A stretch of DNA of 64,000 bases from Camelus dromedarius (Eukaryota). Each line of letters opens with the position of its first letter. Within the stretch, counting starts at the first letter, position 1. Below, in pieces: positions 51,201 to 64,000 of the stretch. Where the stretch lies: positions 41,108,001-41,172,000 of the forward strand of contig NC_087447.1 in assembly GCF_036321535.1 (NCBI RefSeq), written 5' to 3'. Both the position numbers and the translations under genes were made by a program. The notes below the pieces were generated by a model. It was not told where the DNA came from and made no database searches. It saw only the letters and a list, made by a program, of their open reading frames with translations.

Positions 51201-53004
51201 AATTCCTGAAGGAGAGTGTGGGCAGAACATGACAGGGTCCAACACAGGAGCTGAACCAGGGACCCAGTTACCATCTTTCTCTCTTTCTCTCTCTTCACTC
51301 TCCCCGCCTCTGCTCTTTTCCCCCAAGTGAGAGAGATCATAGCCACCTCCAGCCCCTGTCCTTTCCACAACCATGATCCAAGAAAGAAGAGAGCTCTCTC
51401 TCAGGCTCCAGTTTGGAAAATCCCAGGGAAGGGCTCTGGTTCACCCAGACCACACCATATGCACCTTTCTAGACCAACCCTGGGGCCAGTGGAGTGGGGT
51501 AATATGACTGACTTTGCCTTTAGCCAAACAGGCTAGATTTGTTATCAAAAGGCAAAGGAGTAAATAGAGATGCTGAGCAGGGAAATAAACCAGAAAAGAC
51601 ATCCTTTATATTTACCAATTATTTGCTCAATCACATTTCAGTAATGCATATGGCATCCAGCAAGTCTCTTCACCTCTCTGAGCTCTGCTCTCCTCATCTG
51701 TCCAGGGGAGATGGCGGTGGCTGCAGTGAAAATGAAGGAGAAAATGCATGTGACAGGCCTGCCTGACAAAAGGCTGGCACACAGTAAATATCCAAAAAAA
51801 AAGGTAGCTTCCATGAAGGTCTAGACACTGCTATAAGAAAACAGCATTTTTGCATCTCAAACTTCTGAGCCAATTTTCAAAACACGGAGGAAAAGCAAAA
51901 TCCCATCAAGGGTGATTGTATGTGCCCCAGATCCAGAAGCTCTTCAAGTGACCTGGAATGTACATTTTTCAGATAGGAAAACTGAAGCCCTAAGAAGTTA
52001 ATAACTAGCCCCAGATCTCCCAAAGAGAAGAGAGAGGGCCAGGATCAAGAACCCTGAACTCTAGCAATATGCCCAGGTACCCCTCAGTCAGCTGCCACTG
52101 CACCCTGCCAGTGTCCCCACATACACCCTCACCTGGGACCCCGACTCATCCCAGCCCAGGGCTGCAGCCTCCCTTTTCTTTCTCCCAGACACCCAACCTG
52201 TATGATCAAGCTTAGGGCTGCTCAGCAAGCGTCGCTGAGATGGAATTGAAACCCCACGGGGTATCTGGAAAGCAAGTGGGATATCTGGAAGTAATAAAAC
52301 TCCCGACTGCTTGTTCATTTGGCACCCAGTGGGGGTAGCACAGACTCCTCTCATCGCTCTTTCTTAAGAATCAATAAAACGTTAGTGATGCATTTAGCAG
52401 AGATCAAACAAATGAAATTAGGTTTCTTTTTAAAACTTTTAAGGAACTGATACTTTGGTGCCATTCCTAAAAGTCACTCCAGGTCACTCTGATCCAACTT
52501 TTTGGTCACTGCGTTGCAACTTTTAAAGAATGAGTCTTGGTGTACTGACTGGAAAGAGGAGTATTCTCTTGGCCAGGAGAGATGTACACAACAAGGAGGA
52601 AATACCATCATTTGCTGAGGCTTAAAGGATGGATGACTTAAGTGGTGGGGGGAGTGGATGGGGGGCAGTATTTTAGGCAGGAAGAACCAGCGTGAGCAAA
52701 GATGTGAAAAGAAAGAAACAGATTTGTTTGCAATTGGCGGGACTGGATGGGACTGGATGGGAGTTTGGGGATCATTTTGGTGAGCCTCAGAGCTGGCTGG
52801 GGTCGGGGTAGGGCTGATCACAATGGCTAGCGCTGCTCACAGGCTAAGGCAGAGGTCGTGAGGCTGTAGACAAGGGCGTTTCAGAGTCGGAAACAATAGA
52901 ATTGAGAGACAAACTTGCCTTCTTTGATCTTTATAGGGGAGTGCTGGAGGAAGACAGGCCCAGGTTCAAATCTTATTACCTCCATCAACTTGCTGTGAGA
53001 TTTT

Positions 53005-54541
53005 TTTTCTATTATTGAAGTATAGTGAATATACAATGTTGTGTTAGTTTCTGGTGTACAGCAAAGTGATTCAGTTATACATATACATATTCTTTTTCGT
53101 ATTCTTTTTCAGTGTAGTTTATTACAAGATATTGAATATAGTTCCCTGTGCTATACAGTAGGTCCTTATTGTTTATCTATTTTATATATAGTAGTTAGTA
53201 TCTGCTAATCCCTAGCTTCTAATTTATCCCTCCCTCCCCTGGCCCCTTTGGTAACCATAAGTTTTTTTTTTTCTATGTCTATCAGTCTGTTTCTTTTTTG
53301 TAAATAAGTTTATTTGAATTGTATTTTAAATAAGTTATATCATATGATATTTGTCTTTCTCCATCTGACTTACTTCACTTAATATGATAATCTCTAGGTC
53401 CATTCATGTTGCTGCAAATGGCTGAGTAGTATTCCATTGTATAAATATGCCACATCTTCTTTATCCAGTCATCTGTTGGTGGACATTTAGGTTGCTTCCA
53501 TGTCTTGGCTATTGTAAATAATGCTGCTACGAACATTGGGGTGCATGGATCTTTTCAAATTAGTGTTTTCTCCAGATATATTCTCAGGAGTGGGACTGCT
53601 GGATCATGTGGTAACTTTATTTTTAGTTTTTTAAGGAACCTCCATACTGTTCTCCATAGTGACTATACCAGTTCACATTCCCACCAACAGTGTAGGAGGG
53701 TTCCCTTTTCTCCACACCCTCTCTAGCACTTACAATTTGTAGACTTTTTGATTATTGGCCATTCTGATTGGTGTGAAGTGATACCTCATATAGTTTTGGG
53801 TTTGGTGGGGGTGGGGTGGTAATTAGGTTTATTTATACACTTTTTTTTTATTTTAATGGAGGTATCAGGGATTGAACCCAGGACCTCGTGCATGCTAAGC
53901 ATGTGCTCTACCTCTGAGCCATACCTTCCCCCTCTATACCTCATATAGTTTTGATTTGCATTTCTCTAATAATTAGCCATGTTGAGCATTTTTTCATATG
54001 CTTATTGGCCATCTGTATATCTTCTTTGGAGAAATGTCTGTTTAGGTCTTCTACCCATTTGTTTTTTGGGGTTTTTTTGTTATTGAGTTGTATGAACTAT
54101 TTATATATTCTGGAAATTAATCCCTTGTTGGTTGCATCGTTTGCAGATACTTTCTCCCATTCTATAGGTTGTCTTTTTGTTTTGTTTATGCTTTCCTTTG
54201 CTGTGCAAAAGCTTATAAGTTTTATTAGGTCCCATTTGTTTATTTTTGTTTTTATTTCTATTGCCTCAGTAAATTGACCTAAGAAAACATTGCTACAATT
54301 TATATCAGAGAATGTTTTGCCTGTATTCTCTTCTAGGAGTTTTATGGTGTCCTGTCTTATATTTAAGTCTTTACGACAGTTTGAGTTTATTTTTGTGTGT
54401 GGTGTGAGGGGGTGTTCTAACATCATTGATTTACATGCTGCTATCCAGCTTTCCCAATACCACTTGCTGAAAAGGCTGTCTTTTCTCCATTGTATATTCT
54501 CGCCTCCTTCGTCAAAGATTAATTGACTGTAGGTGTGCGGA
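53005..54541 (-). mobile_element. 5'-truncated L1 inserted in a MIR
   Basis: ORF 54097-54558 YSQLIFD...QWRKDSLFSKW is L1 ORF2; TSD tgtgagatttt at 52994-53004 and 54542-54552. Confidence 0.93.
53799..53935 (-). mobile_element. tRNA-Ala-derived SINE nested in an L1
   Basis: 18-bp TSD atacctcatatagttttg at 53781-53798 and 53936-53953. Confidence 0.93.
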
Positions 54542-55381
54542 TGTGAGATTTTAAACACATGTTTTTAACCCCTTGGTGAACCTCTGTTTTCTCAGGGGCT
54601 GGAGACAATATTACTTCTCCCCTTTGAGTTTACAAACTCAGTGCCTAACGGTACCAGGCAAGGAAAATAAATGACTTCTGAGAATAAAATAGCAAGGGAT
54701 TGCATTCAAATTCTAATGCTAGAGGTAGACAAGCTCAAAATATTTTTTAAAACATTGTGCAAGCTAAACAAAACACACTTTTCCAGCATTTAACCATCAT
54801 GTAAGTTTTTTTTTTTAATCTTTTTTTTTTTTGTATTGAAGTATTGTCACTGGCATGTAAATTCTTATTCATCAGACTCTTGTGAGAATTAAGTGAGATA
54901 ACACATATCAAGTGCTTTGCATAGCAGAGAAGCTAAACAAAAATAGACATTCATTTATACGAAGTTCAAGAACAAGCTAAACTAATCTACAGTGATAGGA
55001 ATCAGAAGAGCGTTTACCTGGGAGGAGGGTGGGCATTGACTGTGAAGCATATAAGGCAGCCTTTGTGGTGTGTTGGAAATTGTTCATACCTTGTTCTGGG
55101 TTGGGAACATGTCTGTAAACACATAGGAAAATTCACTGAGCTGTACACTTAAGCTTTGTGAACTTTGTTGCATAAAAGGTACACTTCAATCCAAAAGGAA
55201 ATTTTAAAAGAGGTCCTTCCCAGAGTAATAAGTACTTGATTATAAACTGGTCAATGGTTGTTATAGTTGTTATTATCATTATTACTTTTACCATTATTAT
55301 GATGATTATGCCACAAAGTCAGTAAGCCAACTAAATGAGCAACAAACATTCACTAAAGACCCACGGTGTGCTGGGTGCTTT

Positions 55382-58181
55382 ATGTCAGATTATGTTTTCT
55401 AAAAATGACCACACCAGTGTATCTGTATGTAAGTATGTCTCCCTCCCACATGCTTCTGCTACAGTGTGAGAGGTGGGTCCTGTGTCCCTTGTCATTGAAT
55501 CTGGTCTGGGCTTGTGACACTCTCATGCATAGAATGCCACAGACATGATGCAAAGTGACTTCTGAGATTGGGTCATAAGAAGCACACGGCTTCTGCCTGG
55601 CTCTCTCTTGGAACATGTGCCTTGGAAGCCCTTCATGTAAAAAGTCTGGCTACCCTGAAGGTGCCACGCTGGAGACGTCATGTGGAGAGAGCACACAGAG
55701 AATGACACAGGAGTGCTGACTCTTCCAGCCCCTTGCTGTTCAAGTCTTCTTGGCCCAGGCCCCAGACACAGGAGTCAGTCAGCTTTTAAAATGACCCCAG
55801 ACACCGCCTGATGGCAACGTCGTGAGAGACCCTGAGCCAGGACCACTCAGCCAAGCTGCTTCTTGATTCCTGACCCTCAGAAATTATAAGAGATAATAAG
55901 TGACTGTCATTGCTGTAGCCAGTAAGTTTTGGGGTGTCTGATCTGTATGAGCAGCAACAGACAAGCAATGGAGACTTTGGGGTCTGAAAGCTGTATGACG
56001 CTGTAACAAAAAAAATTAAACATGGAACAGTGGCTTTGAGGGTAGAAGTTGGAAGTGTATTGAAGAAACTGTGGGATTTGATGGCCTTCAAGGAGGCTGT
56101 CCATGAGGACTTAAAGGAAACTAAGGAAGACCAGATTGGAAGATGGAGGAACAGAGATCTTTGTTAGATAGTGAGTTAGTCCGCTCGGGTTGCCGTATTG
56201 CCGTAACAAAACACCACAGACTGAGTAGCTTAAACCACAGAAGTTTATTTCTCACAGTTCTGGAGGCTGGGGAGTCCAAGATCAAGGGGCCAGCCAATGC
56301 AGTTCCTGGTGGGAGCTCTCCTCCTGGCTTGCAGGCATCCACCTTCTCACGTGGCAGAGAAAGACACTCTGGTGTCTCTTCCTCTTCTTATAAAGGCACC
56401 AGTCTACAGATTAGGGCCCCACCCTTATGACCTCAAATTACCTTTGTCACCTCTGCATAAGCCTGATCTCCAAACATGGTCACGTTGGGGCTTAAAGCTT
56501 CCATATATAAATCTGGACAGACAGAAGCCTTCAGCTCATAACATATAGAAAGGGAAATTTTAGCAACACTGTCTTCTGCGGTAAAAAGGAAAACAGAAAA
56601 TGTACCAAATGAATTGGATGATCAAGAAAGGAGATTTCAAGGTAGAATGTCAAAGATGTCACCTGGCCTCTTCCAGAGGCTTATAATCAAATGTGAAAAG
56701 AGAGAAAACATGTCAAAGGAAGGACCATTGAGCACAAAGCAGTCAGAACTTGCTGGGTTTGAAAATTAAGATGTCTTATTTCTAGATTCTCCTGACAGGA
56801 AGTGATGCTAAATTTTTAAAATGACCTCCCGGCAAAGATCAAATCTAGGGTACTGTCTGGATGATGTGGTCTGAAGATGCAGCTGAGGGATTGAACATAA
56901 ACCCTGTATTAAGACCTTGGGAATACGTAAGGTGGTGATGAAACAGGAGAAAAGAAAAAGTCCCTTATAGAGCCTCACCAGTAAGCAGTGGAGCTTCTGG
57001 TGATCTTAAGTGTGGTGTGCCCTAACAGCCTGACAGGGAACTCAGGTTAGAAAAGGGCTTATGTCATTGATGTTTGTGGTTGTGACTTTTCTCTAAGGGA
57101 GCAAACACCAATAAGATTTATAGAAAACTCACAATGAATTTAAGATGATTTGCATTGTCTGAAACACTGCCTATTTGGACAAAGAGGTGCAGAGACAGTA
57201 CAAAATGAAAATGGGTCTTTGGCCCTATCCAAACTATGAAAGAAAGGATGGCTCTGAGAGCTTCTGCCTCTGAACCCAGAAGTGGAGCCAAGAGCCGTGG
57301 AGAACCGTTCCCAAGCAGCAGGGAAATTACCCATGTGCCCAGCAGAATTTCAGAATTGCTAAGAATTCCTGTGTACTCCCCACCCTTCTTTTTTTGCTTT
57401 GTTTTGTTTTTATTTTTAACAAGAGGACCTATAATGATTGTCCTACGCCTGTCCCACCATTGTATATTGGGTAGAGTGGAGGTAATTTGTTTGGGCCAAG
57501 AGGAACTGTACAGAGGAGCTGTGTTTGAGAAATTCACCCAATGAGCCTCATCTGAAACTGAACCTGATTAGATGACAAGCTAGATTCAGACATTCAGGTT
57601 GATGCTGTGATAGAATTAGACTTAGGAGACCTTGGAAAGGGGTGAGTGTATGTTCATATGAGAAATGTATGGCTCACCAGGAGCAGAAGGTAGACTGCGG
57701 TAGCCAACCTCCAATGACCCCTGCCTCCTGGTATTCTTGTCCTCATGCAGTCCCCTTTCCCACTGCATCAGGGCTGTGTGACCAACACAATACAGAGGTG
57801 ATGAGGCTAGGTCATAAAGGGCCTAACAGCATCTTCCTTGGGCTCAGATCTTGGGCTCTGAGGGAAGCCAGCCCCCATGGTGTGAGGCCACTCACACACG
57901 CTGTGGAGAGGAACCGAGGCCTTGCCGATAGCCAGCACCAACTTGTGTGAGTGCGCTGGCTTGAGGGTAGATCCTGCTGGTCCAGGCAAGCTATCAGATG
58001 AGGGCTGCCCAGCTGACATCCGCCCACAGCCTCCTAAGAGACCCTGAGCCAGAACCTTCCAGCCACGCTGCTTCAGAATTTCTGTCCCAGAGAAAGCATG
58101 AGAGAGAAAAAAAAGGTTATTGTTGTTTTAAGTCACTAAGTTCCGGCGTGATTTGTTACACACTCAGAGATGATGAACACA
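55382..58181 (+). mobile_element. MaLR provirus remnant (LTR - internal - LTR)
   Basis: 5' LTR about 55382-55965; MLT-int-like body (gtggctttg, caaagaggtgcagagacagtacaaaatgaaaa); purine tract ggagcagaaggtagac; 3' LTR about 57696-58181. Confidence 0.75.
56172..56543 (-). mobile_element. MLT1A-like LTR nested in the MaLR internal region
   Basis: cagaagtttatttctcacagttctggaggctggggagtccaagatcaagg; near 5-bp TSD gatag/tatag. Confidence 0.9.
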
Positions 58182-61134
58182 ACTCTATAGGGTATAAAAA
58201 AAAAGAATCCGATGTAATCACTGGCCAGAGTACAAAGAAAATGTGTAGACACAGGAGAACACACAGTGTCAGGCAGCATGATGTATCTCTCTCGTGGGTG
58301 TTGGCGCTGGGGTTCGGGGGTGACGTGTCGGGGAACAGCGAGACTTGGAGAGACGGTTTCACGAGGCGAGTTGGCTGTTTTAGATGGGAGTCTCTCCTTT
58401 CCCCCTTAAACCCTCTCAGGTCCCGGCTTTGTTGTTGCCAAGGAGGTCTTTCCCATTACACAGCTCTTGTGCATCCATCCGTCACCACACGACAGAGGCA
58501 GGTCAGGGATCACCAGCCCTGTTCCCAGAGGACTAAACTGAGAGTCCCACTGGGTAACTGCTTGTCCGGGCCCTGGGCACTTTCTGTTCCCATAACAGCT
58601 CTCAGCAGCTCAAGGCTGCCTTTGGCTGCCAAAGGAATCAAAGACTCCAAAGAGCTTCAAGGCTGAACCGGAAACACACACTCAGGGACCACGTATAGAG
58701 GGATGCAGGCCCTCTATTCTGAAGGGGACTCTCAGTGAGTAGCAACCGCCTGGCTGCCTTGGAACAATCTTTCACGTCTATTAAAATCTAGGCCTCAGGA
58801 TGCTGAAGCTGAACTAATATCATCACCCAGATTGTGTCCTTTTTTCCATGTGGCCTCAGGCCTTTCCGGGTCTCTGAGGCTCTTCCATGTTTTGTGGGGT
58901 TCAACTGGCCAGACTCAAGGCTCCACGTGGCTCTGACATTGTAGAATTCATGAGCATTCGGTGGGACCTTCAATCCTGATGCCGGCATACTAATACCAGG
59001 CCATTCCCATTTTGAGTCTCCAGTGTACAAAATCAGTACCAAACAGGAAACTGCAGGCAGTAATTTATTCTGCATTTTCCCACTATGGGACCTGCTTTAT
59101 ATACATTGCTACATGGACTCTAATAAAATATTAAGCAGACAAAGAAGGTTTCCACCAGCTTCCCCAGCCCCTGACATACTCTCCCCCTTCTGCCAGACAC
59201 CTCTGGGTCGGGGACGTCCCTGGGACTGCAGCTGTGATGAAGAGTAACTGCAGAGAGCCAGGCAGGAGGTCGGTTGCGAAAACAACCAAGCCCGTAAAAG
59301 AAAATGGAATGACTTAAAGGAAAGTGACACAATGGGAAGTGAACTAATAAAATGGCCAATCCAGATTAATGTCAGAGGACTCTGCCTAACACCCACTCTT
59401 GGTGGGTCTCTGGGTCTTGGTGGTCGGTATATCTAAGAGGAGGGAGACAAATTGGAATACCTTCCTGTCCAGCTCTCCCAGCTGACTCGGCCTACCCAGG
59501 CCCTGGGGCAGTAGGGTCACCCTGGCAAAACAGGAAGATGGAGTGGGGTCTGCATCGGCCACAGTCAATGCTGGTGCCTGGTCCACTGGGCTCGGCTCTG
59601 GGGACCCAGGCAAGCGCCGGGCTGGCACTTTATAGCAGCCGTTATCCCATGACCCAGGAGGAAGGAAACCTCCACTCTTTCCTCGTTACAGCATCTCTGC
59701 AGTAGCACATAGGACCAGGAATAGCTAAAAAACCCAGAAACACAGTAATGAAAACTTGGTCATTTGAAGGCTAAAGTTTGATCCCCCAAAGCAAGAATGC
59801 CCGAGAGCTTTGGGTGAGGGAGGCGTCTGCTCTGAAACCAGGAAAAGATCAGTGTGGATCCATGCAGGTGGTGAGCTGGCATAGGAAACAGAAATGGGCT
59901 GGCGGAATCTGCAGAGTCAGGACAAGGCAGGCTGCAGGGAACTGGATGGTGCTTGAGTCGCTCGTGTCTAAAGAGGTCAATGTCACCCTGGAGCCAGGGG
60001 TGGCAGCACACAGCCCTCTCTGAAGTGGAGCCTCATATTGTGTGTGGTTGATGTGAGTACAATTATGATGAGGATAACTGAGTAAATGAAATGCAGTGAC
60101 TCTCTTCTTAGCTAAGCTGTTTGTAAGCTTAGCTAAGCTTGCAAATTCCTAAATAAAGGGTGTCTGTTGGTACCTCTGTGGGCACAGGTGAGGTGCACAG
60201 TGGCCTCTTGATTCTCATCAGGGACAGACTCAGGAAGCAGGTCCCCTGTCCCTTCCCAGCCAGAGGAAAGAGAGCGAGCCTCTTTCTGCTCAAATACGTG
60301 AGCCTCTCCTCTCCCTTTGAATCCCCTTCTCACTCAGTGAGAGGCAGACCCAAAACAAGATCTCTTGTCTTGACTCCTAGTCCAGTGCTCTTTCCACTGG
60401 GCCGTGAAGAAGCAGGATTCAGGGCCTGGGCACAGAAACAAACACCAAATCCCCATCAAATCGAAGTGGAACATTGTGCACCAGAAACCCCATTTTGTGT
60501 CTCGCATCCCAAGCCCTCCCACTCTAGAGAACCACACACACTTAAGTGTGCACACACAAGCCCCGCCCACTGCTAGGCGTCAGCACCCAGTGTGGATTGT
60601 GAGGTGAAGGTATGAGAACGGAGCTATGGATTGACGCAGGTCCCAGGAAACACAGGTGGAGTGCAGAGGGTAGGCAGCCTGGGACTTGGCCTGCCTGCAG
60701 GACGACAGAGTAAGTGGACACTCTGCCCCCTCCCAGGGATGCAGACGGCCCAACCAAGTGCATGCCATTCCCTGCCAGCCCATGATAGCAGTGTGGACAA
60801 AACTGCCCTTACTTATCACTAACCTGCCTCCTCTCTGACCTCATCCCCATCACTACCCCTACCCCCATTCCAATTCCAGCCCTGGAGGTATTGCTTTTGT
60901 ACAAGGACTATGACATCAGAGCCTCACCTCTCCCCCGTGAGCCAAGCTTAGCTCATCCCAAAGACCTCAAGGCACCCAGTATCTTCATCCTGCTTCGGTC
61001 CTTAAGATATCAACTCAGATCCCAGCTCCTTGGCCAGTGTCTGTGCAGGCCCAGCCGCCCCAGGCAAGGTGAAGACAATGGGACACTCCTACTATCCCCA
61101 ACCCTGCACCCAGAGGACTAGGAGGCTGCAGTCT

Positions 61135-61445
61135 GAATAGACATTTCTCCAAAGAAGACAAACCTATGGTCAGTAAGCATGAAAAGATGCTCAGCGTCGT
61201 TAGTTATTAGGGAGACGCAAATCGGAGCGTCACAGAGACACCACTTTATACCCACTAGGATAGCTGCTCTAGATAAAATAGAAAGTAAGTGTTGGGAGGA
61301 TGTGGAGATGTTAGCAGCCTCACGCGTTGCTGGTGGGAATGTAAAATAGTGCAGTCACTGTGGAGAACAGTTTGACCGTTCCTCAAAAAATTAAACATAG
61401 ATTTGCTGTGTAATCTAGCAATTCTACTCCTAGGTATATACCCAC
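61135..61445 (+). mobile_element. L1 ORF2 C-terminal fragment
   Basis: gaatagacatttctccaaagaagac...gctggtgggaatgtaaaatagtgcag...ctagcaattctactcctaggtatataccc. Confidence 0.85.
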
Positions 61446-61449
61446 CTCC

Positions 61450-61720
61450 CCCAAGAACGATTGGAGTAGGCTGTATTGAGGAGGTGTATTTGGTGAAGAC
61501 TTGAGGGAGGTAAAGTTTCAAGCCATAGAAGTATCTGTGTGAGGAGCAATCGGGACAAAGGAAACAGAGCAAAGGCTCTGAGCAGAGGGTCCCCGCCATG
61601 CTGGAGAAACAGCGGGGAGGCCAGTGTGTGTGTCAGAGTGAGAAAGGGAATCACTACACAGAGAGGTGAGGGGGCGGCCAGGCAGGTCACAAAGGGCCTG
61701 GTAGGCGCTGTAAGTTCTCT
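61450..61720 (-). mobile_element. L2 fragment
   Basis: ggaaacagagcaaaggctctgag...gaggccagtgtg...caggtcacaaagggcctggtaggc. Confidence 0.7.
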
Positions 61721-63154
61721 CCATTAGATAAACTTGCTCCAAGGCCCCAGGGCTCCCATCCCCTGGCAACCCCTCTTGATTTTCCTGGACCCTCGGTGGG
61801 AACATCAAGGCAGGATGCCTGCCCAGCCTGTTCTGCCAAATGGGGGCCATGGCGCTGTCTCAGGAATGGCTGCCGTGTGCCCTGGCACTGAACTTGGCAG
61901 CCTAGACCCAGGCTGGCAGTGTGGCCCTCACACATGTGCCCATGACCTCTTCTGCTTGGTCCCATCCCTCAGCAGGGCTCACTCTCCCTCTAGCTCAGCG
62001 TATCTCCCCATTGCTGGGCCCAAAGGAGATGTGAAGGAAGGCACTGACTGTGGTCTGAGTTGTTGATGCTTCTTTCCCAGCCAATGCCATTACTGCTAAT
62101 TGACCTTTATTGGGCCCTCCATCACTTGGAATACCATTTCAGTTCCCAATTGCTCTCTGTGCCTCTGGAAGGTAAAACATCACAGGCTTCTAGCTGAACA
62201 ATAATTATCTTGGCATTGCGAGGCCAACCGGGCTCTTCAGCATAGCCCATTCCCTCTCTCCTCTTTCCAGCTTGGGAAAAAAAAATATGTGAATCAATGT
62301 AAGAAAGTCATTTATTCTTCACTTTACAGGCTGCACACCAGCTAGTTTGTCAAGGGCTTTTAAAAGCCAGTCACATTCTGCTCAGAAGGTTGCTTTGTCT
62401 TTTCCTCAGCCATTGATTTTTGCATCTTATTAGGATTGTTCTGTGCTCCTAAGGAATTAATAACAAATTAGCCAAAGTCAATGAGCTACAGCTCAGCCAG
62501 CTGGGCTCACCTGGACAGCCAGTCTGGGCTTTCTTCCTTTCTATTTGGCGCCAGGAGAACGGAGGTGTCCCCAAGGATGGTGTCTGGACTGGAGTGCAGC
62601 CATGGGGTGCCTGGTCTTACTCTGCATGGCCCAGGAGGAGTGAGGGGCTTCTCTGGGCTTGATCTTGGAGTCCTGAGGATGGAGTGTAGACCTCTGGAGG
62701 TAACAGGGGAATCTGCAGAGAATAGTCAAAGGATATGGTTTTGGAGCCAGATAAACTTGAGTTTGAATCCAAATATAACTGGTGACTGGCTCTGTGGCCT
62801 GGGAAGTTGTCCTGCTGTTTCAGGGCTATGGGGGTCCCAAGAGTGTCATAATAGATGGGCAGCTTATGCTAGGTCTGCAGCTCATGCTGGGTCTCAGCAG
62901 CAGGAAGGGCTAAGGAGAGTGATAAAGGAAGGTAAGGAAGAGCAAGTCTGGAGTTGGGGGCAGAGCCTGACTAGAGGACAGAGCCTGGAGTGGGAGAGCC
63001 GGAAATCCATATCTCAATGTCCTGACTGGGGTACCTGAATAGTCAGGTTCCATCCAGGATGGCTTCAGCATCCAAGAAGTTCTACATGGGCCCTTGAGTT
63101 CAGAGAAGGACTCTACCGGGTGGGGCGGGGACACTGAACTACATACAAGACAAG

Positions 63155-63385
63155 AAACAGCACAGTGGCTAAGAGCATGGGCTGGGGGCTAGACTTCCAG
63201 GGTCCAAATCTTGACGCTTAGGCAAGTCTCTTAACGGATTGTGCCTCAGTTTCCTCATCTGTAAAATGGGTCTAATCATTGACCACCACCCCCTCCAGGG
63301 AGTTATCATTAAGATGAAAGAGTTAATATATATTGAGGACTTAGTAAAGTGTGTGGCCCCTAGTAAGTGCTATAGAGGGTTAACT
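63155..63385 (+). mobile_element. MIR SINE
   Basis: gcacagtggctaagagcatgggct...gtgcctcagtttcctcatctgtaaaatggg...tagtaagtgct. Confidence 0.9.
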
Positions 63386-63499
63386 TAAAAAGAAAAATGC
63401 AGGCTTGCCTATCACAGAAAATTTAATCCCAGTTTCCTCTTCCTATCCGCTTGTAGTATGAGTTAAAAATTATGGATGGCTTTGCAAGCCCAGGATTCA

Positions 63500-63960
63500 T
63501 CTCTAGTGCTTCCTTCTCCCCCACCACCAGCCAAAGCAATCTCCAAGTCTTTCTGTCTCTCCCACCACCAGCCCAGGCACGCCACCACCTCTTCTCCTCT
63601 TAACCAGCACCCGTCCAAACTGCTATCTGGTATCCCTATGTCTGGTCTCTTGTTCCCCAATCTACTCATCACATCTCCAGGAGAATGATCTTTATAGATC
63701 AAAAATCTGGTCCTATAGCCCACTTAAGCCATTCCATTGTCTACAGGAGTCATTGAAACTCTTTAGCACACAAGGTCCTCAAGAAATTCCTGCAGTTTCA
63801 TTTACTGCCCTCAGCCCCATGGGTGATAGTCCACCAACACTGAATTGCCTGTTGTCATCCACACACCACATACACACGACCACACACACACACACTCCAT
63901 GCTTCATTTGTTCTGTTCTCCCTGCCTAAAATATCCTCCCAGCTTCCCGCACTTCCCCCA
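63500..63960 (+). mobile_element. L2 fragment
   Basis: gccaccacctcttctc...aatgatcttt...ctgttctccctgcctaaaatatcct. Confidence 0.55.
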
Positions 63961-64000
63961 ACCCACCCCTCATCTCAGCACTGCCACACACTGACCCCAC

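Noticed and set aside
57998..58666. 222-aa ORF
   Set aside because: Starts inside a MaLR LTR; no recognisable domain or supporting gene structure
1..64000. CRISPR arrays, operons, rRNA or prokaryotic systems
   Set aside because: Mammalian repeat-rich DNA; no regularly spaced repeat-spacer array or dense coding structure seen

Overview
This is 64 kb of placental-mammal genomic DNA, most likely camelid: five tRNA-Ala-derived SINEs resemble the camelid Vic-1 family, and there are no Alu, B1 or Bov-type SINEs. The window looks intergenic or intronic and is dominated by interspersed repeats: old and young L1s with many nested insertions and visible TSDs, MIR, L2, CR1/L3, ERVL and MaLR LTRs, ERV1-like solo LTRs and hAT fossils. 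I recognise no known protein-coding gene, and nearly all listed ORFs are repeat-derived or chance. The most notable items are: (1) a 5'-intact, 3'-truncated L1 with no poly(A) tail but with a TSD, suggesting internal priming, which carries a nested LTR promoter and a CpG-rich core; (2) a hand-assembled chain of minus-strand candidate exons whose phases give a 246-aa ORF of unknown identity; (3) a plus-strand non-coding candidate exon; (4) a strong CTCF motif and several enhancer-like unique blocks; (5) a MaLR provirus whose two LTRs look like different subfamilies. Repeat subfamily names come from recalled consensus similarity and need RepeatMasker/Dfam confirmation. Boundaries without a TSD are approximate.
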